This document shows, piece by piece, positions 1-12,184 of a DNA stretch of 64,000 bases. The notes below the pieces were generated by a model, which saw only the letters and a list, made by a program, of their open reading frames with translations, was not told where the DNA came from and did not search any database. Position 1 is the first letter of the stretch. Each line of letters begins with the position of its first letter. This stretch comes from Tubiluchus corallicola (taxonomy: Eukaryota > Animalia > Priapulida), in contig JAQGDQ010000104.1 of NCBI GenBank assembly GCA_030141605.1, positions 310,001-374,000 of the forward strand, in the 5' to 3' direction. A program made the position numbers and the translations under genes.

Positions 1-460
1 GGGCTCATTAACATTTTTTTTGAAAAGCTACCTGTGATATTCTCAAGCGGAGAGAACCTATAATGTGTAATTGAAAGACACTCCTGAATTATTTCTATAC
101 GCGAGGGATCGGTTCATTTGAACGTAACCTGCGGAAAAACAGGATACGCAATAGAGCTCAACAGGAAGGAGATTTCACATAACGCAGAGGCAACGGTAAT
201 GCAAAGGATTTACTGCAAGCGCATAAATTTGCCTCTAGATGAATTTGTACGGCGAATTGAAACAATTGCAGTGGCAGGCTAAGAAAAGACAGGCAAAGGA
301 ATTTCTGTACAGATTTGGTGTAACTGACAATCCTTTGAGCGACTGCTTAGAGGAAGCTCAGCCTTTAGAAAATTTACTGTTTAAGTGTCCTAAAGTCTAG
401 AAGAATAAACGCAAAGCACTACTGGATGAGCTTCCGACTAGGTCTATAAATAATGTTTTT
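1..460 (+). mobile_element. Decayed 3' part of a non-LTR retrotransposon ORF2 (zinc-knuckle region)
   Basis: ~296-400 translates KEFLYRFGVTDNPLSDCLEEAQPLENLLFKCPKV, resembling the CCHC knuckle region of the neighbouring element at 902-1162; stops and frameshifts upstream. Confidence 0.45.
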
Positions 461-584
461 CTGTGCTGAAATCATTTGTTGCTCTCAACGGTCTTGTAAA
501 TTTTGTAAATAACCTTGTAAATATTCTACATAACCTTGGTAACTAATACTAACATTAATGAATTATTAATTATTATTAAAAATC

Positions 585-1165
585 TTTATTGAAAATGATA
601 CAATAAGCCCTCTATGTGCAGGGCATATAAGTACAAAAATGTTAAATAAATCTTTACATTATGTACATTAAATAAATTTTTATATTAAATTCTTCATAGT
701 TACAATTTTTCTTACTAAACAAGCTAACACAACTGCATTACGATTTATTAAATCTAATTACATATCTAACATTTGCGTACAATGTTTATACATGTTTTAG
801 TGTATGTACAAATAGTATATGTTGTAGCTTCTACATACATAAATAATCTTACATTAATGTCATTCGTATATAAACAGTATGCCTGTATAATCAATGTACG
901 ATCATTTTGGTAGATCTTTTACAATATCTATGTACATTTTAATTACATATGTGTCTCTCTTTCTGTAAATGGTCCGATTGTCATTATTTTCTAAACCGCG
1001 CTCGAGATTCACTCTTATATCTTGTCTAACAAATGGTAACGGACAATGAAAAATTAAATGTTCTGGGGTTTGACTGCCCAAACCGCAAACACATAGATCT
1101 GAATCAGTTATACCTATCCTGTATTTAAATGATTTGCAACCTCTTCCAAGTAGAAGAGCCAACGC
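585..1165 (-). mobile_element. Non-LTR retrotransposon 3' fragment with CCHC zinc knuckle
   Basis: ORF 902..1162 contains YRIGITDSDLCVCGLGSQTPEHLIFHCP, a typical LINE ORF2 C-terminal C-x-C...H...C motif, followed by an AT-rich tail. Confidence 0.6.
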
Positions 1166-1399
1166 AATAGTTAATGAATGTAATGTAATTTAGCACTAAA
1201 GTACTAACTAGCTTCTGATTTTCTTACATTTTGTGAAGTTAAACAACTAAAATTTAATGGGGGATATAATTTTACTACTTTTAACATTTGCTAGCGCAAT
1301 ATTTTGTTGCAAATATTGCATAAGGTTTAATTAGTGTATAATTCACCATTGCCTGCAAATAGAGGCTCAATGTAGCATTTGTATATTAACAAAGATTTA

Positions 1400-1550
1400 T
1401 GATAATCATCATCATCAACATCATTATCATCATCATCATTATCATCATCATCACCATCATTTCTCTCCTCTCTCTCTTTCTCTATCTCTCTGTCTCTCAC
1501 TCACTCACTCACTCCCTCACTCGCGCACGCACACGCACACGCACACGCAC

Positions 1551-1581
<31 letters not shown>

Positions 1582-1603
1582 TGAACACACACACACACAC
1601 ACA

Positions 1604-1670
<67 letters not shown>
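1400..1670. repeat. Compound microsatellite (ATC)n-(CT)n-(TCAC)n-(CA)n-(CT)n
   Basis: Directly visible; it generates the spurious ORFs 1399..1584 and 1517..1699. Confidence 0.95.
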
Positions 1671-1672
<2 letters not shown>

Positions 1673-1846
1673 TTCTCTCCTTCCTCTCCCCTTTCTCACT
1701 ACTTGAGGAGTGGCCGATTTAGCTCATAGCTTTTGAATTAGGCCCGCCCCTGTTTGAGGTTGTGAATCAGATCCACCCTTGAAGGCTAATTCAAAAGCTA
1801 TGAGCTAAATCGGCCACTCCTCAAGTAGTGAGAAAGGGGGAGAGGA

Positions 1847-1905
<59 letters not shown>

Positions 1906-1910
1906 TGTGT
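1590..1910. repeat. Fold-back inverted repeat with ~45-nt loop
   Basis: ~1675-1741 (...ctttctcactacttgaggagtggccgatttagctcatagcttttgaattag) is the reverse complement of 1786-~1853; the arms extend outward as (CT)n/(AG)n. Confidence 0.9.
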
Positions 1911-4030
1911 ATGTGTTGTGAATCAGATCCGCCCCTGCTTGGAAAGTGGCCGATCACTTCAAGATTTTTATCAGATCTATCCCCGCTTGAGGACTGGCTG
2001 ACTCACTTCATGATTTTTTATTCAAATCCACACCAGTTTGATGAGTAGCAGATCCAGTTCATGGCTTCTAATTCAGAGTGCACCCACGCGGCAGAACTGG
2101 CAGCTCCGGCTCGCGACATCTGTTCCAAGTTCAACAAATCTACTTGCGACGTGGCAGAATAAATCTTTTTGACACTCTAATCTTGACGCAAACATTTCTC
2201 ACTCGCGGCTCAGTAAGTCGGATTTATTTTTCGTTAGTTTCCGATCCTTTGTCAAAGAGAAAAGCAAGCATATGGTAGCGAATGGAAAAGAGCTTCTTAT
2301 TAAGAATTTTCGTATTTTCAAAATTTATAACCTGTGATCTCTTGTTACTGTGCTATATGCAATTACCAATATACATTATCTATATACAAGTATGTAGTTA
2401 TTACTGTATATAATCAGATAATTCAAATTCGTAACTATTTAAATATTTTCCCTCTTCATGCTCACTCAGAATTTTAATTACATATTATGTTTTCCTTTTT
2501 CTACTTTAACAGTTTTACTGTTTTTATGCCATTGCTATTATTTCGCCCTCATCAAGCTACATTAAGTTTACTGTACACTTCTACAGAAGCATGCATAATT
2601 ATAATAATTATTTCATCTAAGTAAGGTGAATGTGTTGATAACGACACATATCTAGACGCTATAATACAACTCATGTCTTCATAGTATCAAATTTTACTTT
2701 CTGTTCTTTTGTCTAGCATTTCTGCTCTATTTCTAACACCGGGAAGATGGTAAGCATCCCAAGAAAAGGTGATACGTTTTATGTTTAACGATTTTCAAAG
2801 TCAATACAAGGTGCTTCTAAATCGTGCTAATTTATCCACCTTGCATGTGTCAAGGCTGAAATCTATAACTAAAACAACATACAAAGTAGTCAATGAACAG
2901 GAACCCTCTTACCTGCAATATCCGACTACATGCAAGAGACCCTTGTAACCACGTGTTAAAATCAAGAAATAATCTTTTAATTACAGACTTTAGGACGGTA
3001 GCTTTTGGAAGAAAAGTTTACGACACAAGAGCCCACAACTGAGGTACAGTTTACCAAATTACAGGCCCGAAGTATGTTTTATTGTTTTATGTGATACCAA
3101 GGGTCTAACTCTAACCTGTCCAATCTGATTTATCACTTGCACATATATGTGAATTCCGTAGTGATTAATTAAAGAATGTATAATGAAAAGCAGCTTTTAG
3201 CGTATACTGTCTGATTTCAGCAATCATTTAAACATTAGTCAAAATTGTACAAAGGTGTATTCTGGTGTATATTTAGGTAGCGACTTAAGTTTTAATTTAA
3301 TTTAATTATAGTAGCATTATTACTCGTGTTTTAAAGTAAATGATCGACTGAAAATTAATTTTTACTTACTTATTAATGGCCAAATGGTCGTACACTCACA
3401 CTTCACCACTCAAATTGTTTTATTTTAAAATTATTGATGTATCTGATGAAACAGTTTTCATGTGTGAAAAATTCATAGTCGCAGTCATAGTCATGTTAAT
3501 AGTCACAGTCATAGTCAGGTTCGAGGGAAACGGTGTTTTACCCTAAGAATCTTTCTTTTGTGGTTTTATCTTTCTTTCTTCTTGCAAGAATGCCTAGTCC
3601 ACGGGCTTGCAGAACAAGGCATGGAATATCTCTGTAGCATCCTCGGTCGTGCAAGCACAAAACCAAGTGAATAGACCACTGTGCTACAAACGTATCAACG
3701 CGTTTTGTTACAGGCGTTTGTTTTGTCAGTCAGTAGGAAATGAAACTGAAACTCAACGCCCAATTACTTCTACCAATTTCTAAGGCTAGAAATATAATAA
3801 CACTCGTGAGATACAAACGTTGATTAGCAAAGAATTGCAAAGTGACTTGTTACAATTACAGGAGCGCGTGTGTTTGTAGCACAAGACATTCCTTTTCGAA
3901 GCCACGGTCATATTTTGAAAAGAATCCCCTTTTGTTGTCTTGCAGCAGCACACAGAGATATGTAAAAAAGCTGAATACTGATCTCTGTTTATTCTGCTTG
4001 TAATCAGCGTTTGTTACATACATATATACT

Positions 4031-4220
4031 TATGGTACTAGTTGACAGACATTAACTTAGTTAATTAGCATAATATTTGTAATTAAAATTAAAATGGATC
4101 GCGCATCATGAAAATCCATTTTACTATCGTTGTGTAACTGATTACTTAACCACAAATGTTAATTTTAATTACAAATATTATGCTAATTAACTAAGTTAAT
4201 GTCTGTAAACTAGTACCATA
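4031..4220. mobile_element. MITE-like element with ~60-bp terminal inverted repeats
   Basis: tatggtactagttgacagacattaacttagttaattagcataatatttgtaattaaaattaa (from 4031) is a near-perfect reverse complement of ~4159-4220; TA at both ends is compatible with a Tc1/mariner-type TA target duplication. Confidence 0.7.
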
Positions 4221-4869
4221 TACCTGTTATAGCATGTCATTTAATACTCGTAAAATAGAATACACAAAACCTACACTACAAGGAGTTTATTATCAGCGCT
4301 AATAAAAATAGGAAACAAAATACACATGCACAAAAAATAACTAACTAACTCAGTAACAGCACCACGCCTGAGGAGCACCTGTGTCAGAAATCAAGGCTGT
4401 AGGGGAAATCAAATCAGCTGGCTTCTCACACCACGTGTAGGCCCAAACAAGACGTCTAGACCTACAAGAAAGAGGTGAGCCGTTGCTGACGTGGAAGCAG
4501 GGCGTGTAGAGGGCCCTAAGTTGTTTTGCACCAGAAAGACGATTTTGCCTTTAATAGTGTTTTTGTATCGAAAATATTTTTTAACACTGAAGACAGTATT
4601 TTTGTTGTAATCTATTTTATAGTACACGTTATTTGCCATTAAACAGATAACAAGGAAATTGCAGTCTTCAGTGTTTAAATTATTTTCAATACAAAGACAC
4701 TTTTAATGGCAAATGCGTCTGGTGCAAAACTATAAACTTCTAGAGCGTAAAAATTAAAAGTAAAACCAATTACATACATAGATACAGTAAGATCACAATA
4801 CTATTCATGGGCACCATATGATAAGTAAAGTACATAATAAAGGTACGACAAAATTTATGTCAATCTATT

Positions 4870-5790
4870 ACAATATATACATAATACATAGGTACAACAC
4901 AATGAGTAAAACATATAATAAATGTGAGACGAAATTTTCATCAATTATCAAAATACACACGTTACTTCCGTACATAATACAATAACATAACACAATGTAT
5001 AATACAATACATAACACAATACATAGGTATAACACAATGAGTAAAACATATAATAAATGTGAGACGAAATTTTCATCAATTATCAAAATACACACGTTAC
5101 TTTCGTACATAATACAATAACATAACACAATGTATAATACAATACATAACACAATACATAGGTATAACACAATGAGTAAAACATATAATAAACGTAAGAC
5201 GAAATTTTCATCAATTATCAAAACACACACGTTACTTTCGTACATAATACAATAACATAACACAATGTATAATACAACACATAACGCAATTACATAGGTA
5301 TAACACAGTGAGTAAAACATATAATAAACGTAAGACGAAATTTTCATCAATTATCAAAACACACACGTTACTTTCGTACATAATACAATAACATAACACA
5401 ATGTATAATACAACACATAACGCAATTACATAGGTACAACACAATGAGTAAAACATATAATAAACGTAAGACGAAATTTTCATCAATTATCAAAACACAC
5501 ACGTTACTTTCGTACATAATACAATAACATAACACAATGTATAATACAACACATAACGCAATTACATAGGTACAACACAATGAGTAAAACATATAATAAA
5601 CGTAAGACGAAATTTTCATCAATTATCAAAACACACACGTTACTTTCGTACATAATACAATAACATAACACAATGTATAATACAACACATAACACAATAC
5701 ATAGGTACAACACAATGAGTAAAACATATAATAAACGTAAGACGAAATTTTCATCAATTATAAAAATGCACACGTTACTTTCGTACATAA
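4870..5790. repeat. Minisatellite, 135-136-bp unit, ~7 copies
   Basis: Recurrent gacgaaattttcatcaattatcaaaa; the ORF-track peptides repeat at 136-nt offsets (5232, 5368, 5504). Confidence 0.95.
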
Positions 5791-6045
5791 TAGGCAACAA
5801 AAATTACGTGCGTACATTACCGATGCCAGTTATATGTGGAAAATGTGGCCCTGTTATGAAACAAAATAAAACGAAATCCTGAATTTTGACTTGGAGTGGA
5901 GAAAATCCAGAGCACAGCTAATGGCTGATGTTAATTGCCTATTAAAACACGAACTTAAAATAATATTTCTTTGTGCTGTTTGTTTTTATTTTGTTCGTTT
6001 GTTTGTTATTTTCTCTGACTGGAGCTGCCCGAGGGCTGTCTGATC

Positions 6046-6666
6046 ATGCGCAGTACGCACTGCGCAGCTCCTCAGTCTTCGGAAGCCGTGATCACCGAAG
6101 TTTGCACGGAACACAACTTCGGCTCCATCCACCTGAGCGATATGGTGGAAAAAAGTGAACTCGCACCACTATCCGACCTCGCACGGCAGCGGCAATCGTC
6201 CATCATGCCAGAAAACGCCACAGAGAACGCTTCTTACATAGCCGTGCCCGTGCTCGAACACGATGACGTCATTAAGGGCACTGTCTTGTTAGTAATGGCA
6301 GCGTTCAGCATCGCCGGCAACTGCATCACGCTGTGGGCTATGACGCGGCGACAGCGACGGCGTTCGACAATAAATGACCTCATCATCAATCTGGCGTCCG
6401 CTGACCTCTTGGTGACCTTTTTTTGCATGGTGGGGGACGGCATTTGGGCGTTGACCGTGAGCTGGGTCGCCGGGAACGTTATGTGTAAAATAGTTAAGTT
6501 CATGCAGGTGTTCAGTCTCTATGCTTCTACGTATATACTGGTGGTGATCAGTCTGGACAGGTGCCAAGCAGTGATGTTTCCCATGAGCAGAATTAAGGCA
6601 CCCATGCGTCTGAAGTTGATGCTGATAGTAGTATGGTCTGGAAGCTTGGTACTGGCTTCGCCACAG
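6046..6666 (+). CDS. Coding exon (N-terminus and TM1-TM4) of a rhodopsin-family neuropeptide GPCR, GnRH/AKH/corazonin receptor-like
   Basis: GN in TM1, NLASADLLVTFF in TM2, LTVSWVAGNVMCKIVKFMQVFSLYASTYILVVISLDR in ECL1/TM3, W..SLVLASPQ in TM4; N-glycosylation sites NAT and NAS. Homology stops at CCACAG|GTAAGT (donor at 6667), the intron position typical of GnRH-type receptors. The true start could be 6046, 6142 or 6205. Confidence 0.9.
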
Positions 6667-6944
6667 GTAAGTTCTGGCTTCATTTTGCTAATCAGAAATG
6701 GTAACATGTATTTTCCCACAAATGCAGAAATGTACGATTCGTCTGCCTCAGAGACAGTGGTGCCTCAACTTCCTCAATTATTCAGTTGAAGTAGTAGTTC
6801 TTTTAGATTTTTTGTTGAATATAATTATAATATTATAGCCCGTTGAAAACAGCGGTACTTCGAAAGGAATTTCTTGGGCTGCAGTTCAACGTTAAACCCG
6901 AGTATATTTGTGATTGTAACAAGTAATGTTTCAATTCTAACCAA

Positions 6945-7497
6945 TGTTCAATGCTAACTCAATGCAAAATCAGTGCTAACTCAATGCTAACTCAATGCAA
7001 ACTCAATGCTAACTCAATGCAAACTCAATGCTAACTCAATGCTAACTCAGTGATAACTCAATGCAAATTTAGTGCTAACTCAATGCAAACTCAATGCTAA
7101 CTCAATACAAACTCAATGCTAACTCAATGCAAACTCAATGCTAACTCAATGCAAACTCAGTGATAACTCAATGCAAATTTAGTGCTAACTCAATGCTAAC
7201 TCAATGCAAACTCAATGCAAACTCAATGCAAACTCAATGCTAACTCAATGCAAACTCAATGCTAACTCAATGCAAACTCAGTGATAACTCAATGCAAATT
7301 TAGTGCTAACTCAATGCAAACTCAATGCTAAGTCAATACAAACTCAATGCTAACTCAATGCAAACTCAGTGATAACTCAATGCAAATTTAGTGCTAACTC
7401 AATGCAAACTCAATGCTAACTCAATACAAACTCAGTGCTAACTCAATGCAAACTCAATGCTAACTTAATGCTAACTCAATGCAAACTCAATGCTGAC
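6945..7497. repeat. 11-bp minisatellite (ctcaatgc[t/a]aa)n with higher-order variants
   Basis: About 50 units; the variant block ctcagtgataactcaatgcaaatttagtgcta recurs four times. Confidence 0.95.
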
Positions 7498-7809
7498 CAA
7501 CGTTTCATGAGCGTTATTGTATTCCTGCCTTAGAAATAGGGAGAAGTAATTGCGAGTTGAATTTCACTTTCATTTCCTATTGACTGACAAAATAAACGAC
7601 TAAAATGAAACGCGTTAATGTGTGCGTGTGTGTGTGTGTAGCACAGTGGTCTATTCACTTGGATTTGTGCTACATCTTCCATGTGAGTCAGAGATATATC
7701 ATTCAGAGGAGAGTTCGTTCATTAGTCTTTTTCTGCAAGCCCGTTGATTAGATATGCTTGATAAAACCTCAAAAGAAAGATTTTTAGGGCACCACACCTA
7801 GAAAACATA

Positions 7810-8440
7810 TATTTTTATGTATATATAATGTTTATTTGCCATAAAAAATGGATATTCATAACTATAAAAGCATAAAAAAACATCGCAGCGTGTGAATAAA
7901 ATTCACACAACTGTTAAAGGCAATTGCGTCCAGTGCAAACTAAAAACTACTGTGCCAAAAATTTAAAACAAAATATACATTATAATGTTACACGCAAATT
8001 ATAATAGACTATAGACAATATATACATATAATTTAAAATGGACGTGGGTAAATAAAATTTGCGGATGAATATATATTATCGTTTACGTATGTAGGGTTTT
8101 CAAAATGATTTAATGTATGTATTTTTAATTTTAATTTGAATTCGTCGAAAGACTTGACTTGTTTTAAATTTGATGGCAGGGTATTCCAAAGTTGAACTCC
8201 TTGTTTAGTGATAGAATTGTTGCCGTATTTGTTATTAGTGCGTATTTGTTTAATATTGTGTGTTCTTGGATTTAATGTCGGCTCCAAGAGGAGTGAAAGC
8301 TTATTTTTGATGAAGGGCGCGTTAATATTGTTGATGTATTTATATAAAAACAGGACTGTGTAGAAGTTTTTATGGGCTTGTAAAATTGGGATTTTAAATA
8401 TTGTTATTAATTCTGTTGCAGAGGTTTGATTTGTTATGAG
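7810..8440 (-). mobile_element. CR1/L2-group LINE 3' fragment
   Basis: ORF 8033..8287: RTNNKYGNNSITKQGVQLWNTLPSNLKQVKSFDEFKLKLK, the characteristic LWNxLP...S...FK..LK ORF2 end. Confidence 0.7.
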
Positions 8441-11400
8441 GGACGTTTTATTTGAAAATAATATTGACTATATTAGTTGAAAAAGTGACGTAACTTGCAA
8501 ACGTGACAAACGTGCGAAAACAATGCCGAATTAGACAGTGGGCATCCCCCCTCCTCCCCGGAATTACAACAGTAACACGGTAACTGAAGCCCAGCAAACG
8601 TACATATTTCGGCTATGGGGGATAGAGAACGTCAAACAGTTGTGTACATTGAGCTGCAATTATCGTGGCTTCATCTGTGCTAGGCGTTATTGCTGAGTTT
8701 TGATTAACTCTCAGCGGGTCAAATTTGTCATCAGTGAACGAGGTTTTATAACAGAACAGCAAAAAGAAAAAAAATAAACAGAAAAACGAAAAAAGGAATC
8801 AAAATATTAAACTGTGTGAATTTGAACATTTGGCCACGCAGAAATAATTTGAAGACCTCGCAAAGTTATCAAGGATCTGGTTTCGCACTTTCAAATTAAA
8901 TCGCGCAATAGGAATTTCTTTCAATATTAAAGGAAAGAACAAGTCACTCTGTATGTTTGTTTTATTTTATGGTTATCGCTTAAACTTCGAAAAATATAGC
9001 AAAGAAATTTGCAAAGAACTGCCTGTGAAGCATAAATGTAAAATATATGAAATATATATGAATGGAAATTGTCAGGCGAGGCGTTTGCCAGCGTTCACTT
9101 GAAAATCAGACGCAACTGGGAGACTTCGTGGCTTTTCGTGAGCGCGCGCTGTTTAAACTAATTCAAACGTCTACAGCTTACCTAATGTCCGCGCAAAAAT
9201 ATTACAAAATTAGCTATCTAACGTATTTGTAAAACTTATACTTTTGATGAAAATTGACAGTGCGCTACTTTTCTGCGAGACGAATGATGTCATTGGAAGT
9301 AAAATGGACATTCAAAATGGAAGCGCCCAAGCATGAAGAGATCGCGATTTTAAAGTGATTTCACTAGTCACACGAGGTGCTTATTGCAATTTTATTACCA
9401 AATCCTTCTAACATTTTTCACGAATGAAGTAAGCCTAGCCCCCTTAAAGGCTTGATCTTTCCTTTAATTTAAAGACTGTTTATTATCAACGATAGAATGA
9501 AACGAACATTGTTGGATTTTTTAAACCAATATTGTCCTTCTTCAAAGCTTTCCATATTTCTCTTTTTTTGGACGAGGTTAGTTTGAAAAATTCAACAATT
9601 GTGGAAGCATTCCATGATTTAGTGCAACGGCATTTACGTAAGAAATATCCGGCTTTTGGACGCGTCAGAATTGTACTGGGAACGGTTATTTACTGCAGGA
9701 AATTGTGAGAATAATAATAAACGTAAACTGCATATCCATCTGTGTGAGCAACCAATGATTGGCTTAATTAATAGATTTACAGTTGTATTAGGTGGCCTAC
9801 AGTTTCCCTTTGTTGTTGAACAATATAAAAAAGAAAAAACGAAAATAAAGAAAACATTGTTTCATTTATGAGTGACAGTAAACATACAACTCATCATCAT
9901 CATCATCATCATCATCATACGCCCGTCACGTCTATTGTAGACATTGGGTATTAACGGAAGTGGTGATGACAAGCCACTGGCGTAGCAGTGTCTAGTTTTT
10001 TTGCTGGATTACTGCTGCGTTTACCTGTCTGAAGGCAGATTTCTTTTATTTTAGAATGCTGCCTGCCGAAACATACAACTACAACATACATACTGCAAGT
10101 ATGCGGACGACAGTTTGGCTTCCGTGAACCCAGACCTAATCACCATTTCAGCTATTCCCGTCTACTACTAAATAACTTTCGAATGCGCGGTCGGTTTCCA
10201 TTATAACCCGAAATTTAATTTAACTCCATTTACTGTTCATTTCAGCTCGAAGATATTGTCTTAATCCATAAAGATAAAAATACTCGCAGTGACTAAACAA
10301 TCTAGTTATGAAAATATATTTCCAAAGATTAAAAACAAAAATTATTAAAAAGAATATTTACGTAAATGACGTATATCAACAGCGCTTGATATACGCCCTT
10401 TCACTCCAACGACCAAAAGTTTTAAAGCATAAATTCGCTTTTCGTAAAATTTAAAACATGACATCTGAGATTATACGTAAATTTATGGAAATTAACCTTA
10501 AAATTGTTTTGTATCATTTCCTACGCACATTATGGAGGCTCGAGTGCACACTAAACGACATTTCAGTGACTTAATATAATATGAAATCAAAATTATACAA
10601 ATTTTGCTCTTACAACAGAAACAATTTTAAATAATTAGCGCACAATTGATAATGAGGTAATTTTTTCAAACACCGAGCGTTTACTCGAAATATCCGGCTT
10701 GCTACTGCTTCTGTTTTTACCCTGAGTATTCGTAGATACAATACAGCTGCTCGTAAATCCGGTTTTCCCCTCGGGTCTCATATCTGTGGAATTCTCTACC
10801 AGAAATTGTTTTCCTGCGTTATTTGTTTTCTGTGTCTGTTTCAGACAATCTTATCTGTTTAAAAAATGAACAAAAATTAACACACACCTCCTGCAAATAA
10901 TGACCGTGTTTAATGAAAAGTGTATAAAAAAGAAAGAAAACGCAAGATACACAAATTCATACTGAACTGAACATTTCTCTTGTTTTCCGGCTTCGGTAGC
11001 AATAATTTTGTTGAGCTGACAGTCTTTCATACTGCAGACAATCCGTAATAAAAAGAACAGTCCCAGTAAACATGTCCGGTCTGACTCTTCTGATGGAAGA
11101 ATAAAAGAATTTATCTGCTTGCCGACTTTGCCATTGTTGATGAAATGACAAAGAATAAGATTTATTTACCGTAGCTTATTAAACGGACAACATAAGCACG
11201 GCTATTTAGCGACTACACAACAAGGACGTTAGAATGTAACACACAAATGACGAATAACGTATATGCCCATGCAGCTGGTAGAATCGAACTCTAGACTGCG
11301 TGGTTGTTGTGCTGTATGTTTTGTTTTGTTTTGTATGATTTATATTTACAAATTTATTTTTATATTTACTTATTTTTCCTTAGTTTAATTTATTATATTC

Positions 11401-12142
11401 TTTTTATGAACATCTTTGGTTAATCATTCTACTGTTTTTTATCGGATTTTTTTAGTCAATGCTCACATTATCCATGTTCTGTTATGTTAAAAATCTTAAG
11501 TTATTTTTATTTTGTTTGCATCGCATACTCACAGTATTTTAGAATTGTAAATTTTTGGTTATTTAGATTATAATGTTCTACAATATTGCATTTCCCATCA
11601 GTTAATTGACAATTACACACATCAACAGAATTCAAATTTAAATTGAAAACGGTGCCAAAATTAATTTTACTTAATCGTTGCTATTTAAGGGTGGCTAACT
11701 AGATAACCTGCGGGTTCTTCGCTGCCCTTCTCCTTTGTTACGTAATTGCATGTATTCCTAATACTGTATTTTGTTAATTCTTGAGGAGTTAATAAATGAA
11801 TTGAATTGAATTGAATTGTGCTAAATCTAAACCACTCGACCACACAACCCAGGGAAAACAGAGACATGCTGTGATTACTAGGTCATTTAATGATAGCCAA
11901 GATTATTTTGCTGATGTTAGCAGCGAAATCATCAAAAAAAGAGTGTGATTGATACTAATTTAAAACAACTAATGTAGTTACAAATTAGCGATATGTGAAA
12001 CTTTTAATGACAAACACACTTTCAATGGCAAATTAAGAGTTAATATAGAGTTAAGAGTTAATATCTTCCAAGTACCATTTTCCATCGTTCCATAAAGTTT
12101 CGTAGAATCAGTCAAGTAGTTATTGCATGGTCCTGTTAACTA

Positions 12143-12184
<42 letters not shown>

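Noticed and set aside
4366-4395. Hammerhead-like CTGAGGA...GAAA core (also ~41328 and ~41811)
   Set aside because: Stem II/GAAA spacing is imperfect and stems I and III could not be built.
4868-5882. Repeated hydrophobic Cys/Tyr-rich ORFs, or a CRISPR-like array
   Set aside because: 135-136-bp tandem minisatellite with no unique spacers, in eukaryotic DNA.
6667-6789. ORF extension of the GPCR past SPQ
   Set aside because: Read-through into the intron after a consensus GTAAGT donor; homology stops there.
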